A DNA stretch of 57,867 nucleotides, the filler included, from Sluysia triapertura (Eukaryota), in assembly GCA_046118255.1 (NCBI GenBank). It is 4 parts of 4 records of this genome, joined end to end, with 100 filler letters (N's around TTAATTAATTAA, not from the genome) between each part and the next. Parts side by side here need not be neighbours in the genome. Positions count along the whole stretch, not along the records: positions 43,558 to 57,867 come from JBJNIA010263503.1; 3 more parts are not named here. One strand, 5' to 3'. Numbering within the stretch: position 1 is the stretch's first letter; each line of letters opens with the position of its first letter. Position numbers and translations under genes: made by a program. Under the pieces are notes generated by a model. That model did not search any database, was not told the DNA's origin, and saw only the letters and a program-made list of their open reading frames with translations. Below, in pieces: positions 51,510-57,867 of the stretch.

Positions 51510-54204
51510 TTGTAATATTGAGTAAGAAACTTCTGTAGTTATAGCAACCATTAAAATAGAATTTGACTGTGTAGTTCTAATACGCATAGAAAGCGAATCG
51601 TAAAACGAAGACGATTTTGTGTTAGTACTACGAATACTGCGTGTCAACAAATCAGTATTCATTGGACGACGTAATTGAATCAATAGTTGACTACCGGAAA
51701 ATACCTGATAACCTACATAACCTGGATTACAATGAGGTGGTTCCCAGCCATCGGAACATTGACAGTATCCCCAGAACCATTCGTCGATGCATTTGGAAGT
51801 AGGATTGCACGAAATTCGATCGGGTGAACATACACTTGTTGGAGTGATATTGCTAGTATTATAATGATATCGCGGACATCCGTTTTGATGAATTTCGAAC
51901 TTTCTAAATATCAACATACGATAATAAATAACATAAGAAAAAATAGTTATCAACAAATAAGTAATACTTATGTGTCAAAAGTGTCTTTATAACAATTTAT
52001 TTCATTCAATGTGTCTTAGATATTTTGTTCAATGTTTATTTTTTAAACTTAAACCATTTCTTTGATGAATTCAGAAGCAAATTAATTAAACTTTTTCTGT
52101 TAATTATTGTGCTAGATTTATCCATCATTTGTTACATTCTTTGCATTGCACATATATAAATAAGAATGTAACAATGTAACAAAGCCGTACTTGAGAATTC
52201 TTTAACTTGATATACTATCGATTTCAAAACTAAACAGGATATACAACAAATAGTTGTAACAAATAACGTAACAAACGAAATATAATTTTATAATTTTTAA
52301 ATTGAAACACTGAATTGGATACAAGTGCTAATTGAACAAAGTATATAACAAAATCAATGTATATGCACAAGTCACAATTATATTGTGTATGTTTTTAATG
52401 TTTGATCTTTTAAATTTTAAACAAAGATCACAATAGCAATTTGAGATGAAAATATAATTTTCAATAACATTTATAGATAGTCGTACATGTTTTTCTATTA
52501 ATTTAAATTCGTTATCGTGCTTAATTATCATTATTATTATTATCGTGGGATTTTGAATTATTAAATAAGTATTAAATAATTTCAATAAAATAATTTCAAC
52601 TGTAAATTTTAATTCTCGCTTGTCATGTTCTTACTTATTATTTTAGTACTAATTAAATTTAAGTAATTAGTAATTTCTAAGATAAATAAATTTAGAAAGC
52701 CCATTTAAAAATAAATAAATAGTTAAAAAATAGATATAACACGTTGTTTGTAGGCTTAATTTTGATTTTTATTAGGAAATCAATATAATAACTTTTTCAG
52801 ATATGTATCTTTTAAATTAACAAATCTAAGAAGTTGTTTTTGAGATAATCACGTGACACTATGACCTGTAAATTAATATATTATAATAATTTGTTTAAAA
52901 AATTAATATTTAAAGAATTAAAATATTCGAAATTACAATAACAATTACTTAAAAAAACTATAATAATAATAATAAAAATAATAATAATAATAATAAAATA
53001 ATAATAACAATATGACATATTACTAATATTATTTCCGTATATCTTCCTTTATTAATACGTTTCCATTCTTTATCTTTTACTATTTCATTTATTTCGCTTT
53101 TACTTAAGATATGTTTTTACTATATCTTTTTACTATATGTTATTTCACAATAATATTAGTCTTTTATTTGCAGTTTTTACCGACACATTTTCCGTCTTGT
53201 TTTCAAACATTGATTTATTATGTGTGAATATATTGAACTGCATATATAAATTTGTGTGTATGCGCGTGTGTGTAAGTATATATATTTCCTTATTAATTCC
53301 TCGCAAAAAAGCAATCATGTCTTAAGTTATCGTGACTAATTAAAACATGTTAACATATAGGCAGGTAAATTTTTGTGCTGTTTCACAATACCAAATATTT
53401 TATGAGAATGGCTTAAAAATTAATGTTAAAAATAGAAGAAAAATACTGATCCATATTTATATTGAACTAACTATTATTGATTTTTTAATAGTACAATTTT
53501 TTAATAGTACAATGACAACGATTTTTTAATAAACGAAAGCGTTATTTTGCAAATTATAATAAATAATTGAATTACCACATTTTAAAATAATAAAATTATT
53601 TCCTAATAATTAAAATATTATTTAAAAATTATTATATTTTCGTTATTTGTAAAATTATAACTAAATTACGTGCTAATTTGAATATCTCTGAAAATGTTAT
53701 TTAATTGTAGACATTTTAATTGTGAAAATTTTATCTCACTGTGGAAAAATGTCTTAGGATTTAATTAGTTGATTCAGTTTAATAATCACTGAAAGTCGCA
53801 ATTTCAGTGGCTTATTTTTTGTTATTAATAAAACGAGTATCAGAAAGCATTTAAATTAAAATTACTAAAAATAGTAATGCATAAAATATATTATAAATAT
53901 GTAAATATACATAAATAACATTTTACAAAGGATAGGTATTGATGTACTTAGACCATACCGAATCATGCTAAGGATTTTGATTATTGTGTTTATGTTACCT
54001 GACAAAATGTTACTATTTTTAGTTATTCCAAATTATATTTTAGTGAAACTATGTCATTTATGCTTGTAACAACAATAACATCAATAAATAAAGATATATT
54101 TATCTTGTAAAACTAAAATGTAAATACAATGTAAAATGTAAATATCTAAATGCAAAACATTTGCAATAATTTCGTAAAAAGCTTTTTGAAGTAACATATT
54201 AATG

Positions 54205-54264
<60 letters not shown>

Positions 54265-57200
54265 TGATAATAATTATAACTTAATAAAAACAATAATAAA
54301 AAACATTATTAATAATAATAATTTTAATGAGTCGAAACCCAAAACCATCCAATTTTGAAACAATAACGTATTTTAAAAATCATCACAACATCAACGATTA
54401 TGTGCAACTATCTTAATATCCTTGTACTATTTATATCTTTAACAATTTTATCATGCATCAACATAAAATAAAATTACAATTTTAAATTAATTACTGAAAT
54501 TAGATATATTACTACTATTTATTATTTATTACTATTTTATTATTTTATAAAGAAAAAAGAAACATTTTTATTTGTACTTTTAAAAATTTAATAAAAGCCT
54601 AAGCCGCCTAATACAAAATATTTTGCAAAATCAATTTTAATGAAAGGAAACAAAAAATTACTGAATAAAATCACAGTCGAAAAAGATTTATTTATTTCAG
54701 ATACGTCACAATTAAACAGAAATCAAGAATAAATTATGATCTATCGAATGCTTCGAAAAGTATACTCGGTTATGTTGACAAATTGTCATTACGAATGATT
54801 ACAGATAAAGTTTATGGATATCTAGAAACGTGTAAGTTAACACAGTTTGTATCAGCTAAATATGTACCTTGTTTGTCTCACAACACTCATTTGATATTAG
54901 TCGATTGTTAACAACGATTCTGGTTCCCAGAATTAAACCAGAATCTTTGAAACGTTTCATTTTATCTGGTTACTAATTGAACGTTAGTACTAAAGTCGAA
55001 TTAGTCAAATTAAATCAAAATACAAATAGTTTATTACGAATTTTATAAAAATATATGCTATAGAAACTTTAATAAATTGAAAAAGAACAAAACAGAAGCA
55101 ATAATAATAAAATAAGGATTTTATAATTAACACTTCATCAGGGCTTTCATTTTTGTGATAGATAAAAATGATTTTATCCTTCAGTAAATTCGTGAATCAA
55201 AATTCAATTAATAAAATGATGTTATCTGTATTTTAAAATTTTAATTCCTATAGTTAAAATTACCTTAAAAGAAAAAACTTGGAAAATAAAATTTGAAGTT
55301 GGATTGAATTAATCTACTTAAACGAACAATCGATTGTGATATTTTACTCCTGGATAAATATTGTTGCCTCACGAAAAATTGACGGATTTTTTTGGATAAA
55401 GACTGCATGATCGTGTCACTTTATACTTTTTTATGACTGGATTATAATGGTATAATATTTTATGTTATTAAATTTTGATTCTAACCAAACGATATGTATT
55501 AGTCATGAGCCAATCAAAATCAATGGAATTTCTGGAAAATTCTAGAATTTTGATTCATTTTTTTTAAAAATGTTCCTTTTTTTGGAAAATAACTTTCTAT
55601 TTTGAAATTAACGATTTTAAATGATTTTAGAGTGTTGTGATGGCAACATAACAAATAAAATACACTAATATACAGATATGGTATAAAACAATATTCAAAA
55701 AAATTTGATTCAAACTCTACCACTTTATTATTATTATTATCATTATTATTATCATTATTATTATTATTACTATTAGGTGGAACAAAGAATTATACTTTAA
55801 TTTTAGGATCTGTTTTCATTTTCGTTTAATTGCGTAATTCGATATAATTTAATTGTAACATGTAATTCAATTCTCAAAATTTTATTTCATTTTCATATAA
55901 ATTTAATAATATCGAAAAATATGATATAATGTGNNNNNNNNNNNNNNNNNNNNNNNNNNNNNNNNNNNNNNNNNNNNNNNNNNNNNNNNNNNNNNNNNNN
56001 NNNNNNNNNNNNNNNNNNNNNNNNNNNNNNNNNNNNNNNNNNNNNNNNNNNNNNNNNNNNNNNNNNNNNNATTTCTTAGGTTTTATCGAGCCAACTCCAT
56101 AGTTATTTTTTCAGTTAAATTAAAATAAATAAATATTTGTGATAATTCATTTGTTTATATTTATTTAATAATTCGAACAATAAATAAACAAAATCGTTGA
56201 TTAAACTGCTACTGTGTAAGAATATGATTTTCAATATTGATCAATAAATAAGTTTGTTATTATTTTTTAAATTAATTATTTTAATAACTGTATTTTAATT
56301 AGTAGTTGCAATTATTATAAGAAAAACATTTGAAAATGTGTCCCAAAAATGGGTTAAAAATAAATCCTTAATTTAGTAACTCTTATCAGTGTAGATTTAA
56401 CACACTGAGAACAGTGTACAGTGCGTAATATACTACGATATAAACGTGATTGCCACAAATATTCATAACATAAATGTTTCATATTTTCGTACTTGTAATT
56501 ACAATTACAATTAGTGGGATAATTAAAACTTTAAGGAAAAAGTTAAATTAGTTTTGTGACTTTTTGTAATATACAAAAAATAAATATTTTGATTAAATTT
56601 TTAAGTAGTACCTGACCATGGTTATTTCAAATAAATCTTCAACGAGTAATCGATTAATACTACCACCACTAGTCATTTGATCAAGGTCGAATTCAATAAG
56701 TTCGGAAACACGTTTTCCTATTTTGATTTGTCGAATACAACCAATGAAATAATCATTTACAATTGATTTACCAATATGAACTGAACCGAATTTTAATGTT
56801 GTATGAAGATTATTATTAGTATTAGTATATTGATGCTTAACTCTATTCATAAAGTCATAGATTATTTTAAATTGAGTTTTACCTAACAAACTTTTACCAA
56901 AATCTGCATTATCATCTCTACTTGACATAACATTTAAGTTTGTACTGCAATTATTTAGTTGGCCACAATTATACATAATAACAGTAAATAAAATGTGTGA
57001 ATTAGAAACGTCTCTATACTGATCAGCTGTATTACTGCTGCCCATTCGAATATGACGAATTTCCATGACAATTTGCTTCCAGTCATGATTGATTTCTTTG
57101 TCATATTCATTGGGCTTATGTAAAATTTTTTCTTTAATAATAAATGATTCTTGATTACTCAAATGTGCCACAATGAATCCATTATTATTTCGATGAAGAT

Positions 57201-57771
57201 GTAGTACAATAAATTCAATTGGATTTCGATTTGTTATTAGTTGCCATGTAACCAAATGACAATTGCGACACAAACTGGCAAATTCGTACGACACTACTAA
57301 AGTATCACTTTTACCAATCAACTTATATTCCAATACAGACTGATATTCCAGACTTAGTGTCGAATACTGACACATATTTCCATAGTAACCGAATTTGCAG
57401 TGACAGATGAAGTCATCAATAGCAGCTATGCATTTTTGTGTTCCTTTTTGGTGACAGCTATTTTTACTGATTTCATAACAATGATTCATGGGAATCGAAC
57501 AGGATAAGGCTTTTCGATGAAATTTATTCAATGCTACACTTGTTTCCAAAGTACCACTCCACCTAACATCACAAGCACATTTATAAGTTCCATCCAATTG
57601 TGCATGACAGATTTCATGCTCAATGCATATAGAGTTGTCATGGCGACAGTTAGTGTCACGTAAGAATTGACGTTTATCATCATTAAGACAAGTGGTACTG
57701 ATAAAACCAGATTGACATAAACATACAGATTGATTTAAACTATGTACACATTGACCTCCGTTGTGGCAAAT
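51510..57771 (-). CDS. Fat4/Fat-like cadherin, EGF-LamG region (exons 57771-56612 and 51903-51510; gene incomplete)
   Basis: Three EGF repeats, then CQYSTLSLEYQSVLEY (cf. Fat4 CELNSYGFEELSYMEF) and a LamG ending FIGCIRQI. A phase-2 splice joins in frame to NGCPR..KCIDEWFWGYCQCSDGW (cf. CVDYWSWQQCHC) and a second LamG (SLSMRIRTTQSNSILM). Both exons are open. Confidence 0.85.
54205..54262. repeat. (AAT)n microsatellite
   Basis: Perfect ATA/AAT run; it produces the spurious poly-Ile ORF. Confidence 0.98.
55727..55774. repeat. imperfect (TTA/TCA)n microsatellite
   Basis: Seen directly. Confidence 0.9.
55934..56070. other. assembly gap (137 N)
   Basis: N run without the linker 12-mer, inside the cadherin intron. 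Confidence 0.98.
56325..56357 (+). mobile_element. possible piggyBac-like right end
   Basis: GTGTCCCAAAAATGGG followed by TTAA (56354-56357). Confidence 0.4.
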
Positions 57772-57790
57772 CTGAAATTAACAGTTATTT

Positions 57791-57793
<3 letters not shown>

Positions 57794-57845
<52 letters not shown>

Positions 57846-57867
57846 TAATAATAATGATAATAATAAT
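57794..57867. repeat. (AAT/GAT)n microsatellite
   Basis: Seen directly; runs to the window end. Confidence 0.98.

Noticed and set aside
54081-56128. Poly-Ile ORF and poly-X ORF
   Set aside because: Produced by an (AAT)n microsatellite and an N gap.

Overview
Very AT-rich animal genomic DNA with tiny 34-41 nt spliceosomal introns. This is compatible with an orthonectid such as Intoshia or a similarly compact invertebrate, which is inference only. The window is four contigs joined by artificial N44-TTAATTAATTAA-N44 linkers (17660, 31574, 43458), plus one 137-N gap. Apparently live genes are a short WDR43/UTP5-like gene, the 3' end of a WD40 gene, two exons of a Fat4-like cadherin and the first exon of a phospholipase B1-like gene. 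Most of the rest is decayed mobile DNA (Gypsy gag/pol, many TG-initiated LTRs, hAT, piggyBac and Tc1 remnants), chuvirus-like glycoprotein and probable nucleoprotein fossils, and disabled copies of host genes (Unkempt, an amine GPCR, GRB2, CBP/p300, MDH2). The main discovery candidate is a family of giant Gypsy LTRs carrying captured host regulatory-gene fragments inside the LTR. One 2.35-kb copy (21828-24177) has TG...CA ends and a perfect ACCTA target-site duplication and encloses CBP/p300-like and Unkempt-type CCCH fragments. A homologous LTR begins right after the polypurine tract of a Gypsy pol (38951) and runs into GRB2 plus a paralogous CCCH finger. All protein assignments are by-eye translations compared with remembered family motifs; no searches were run.
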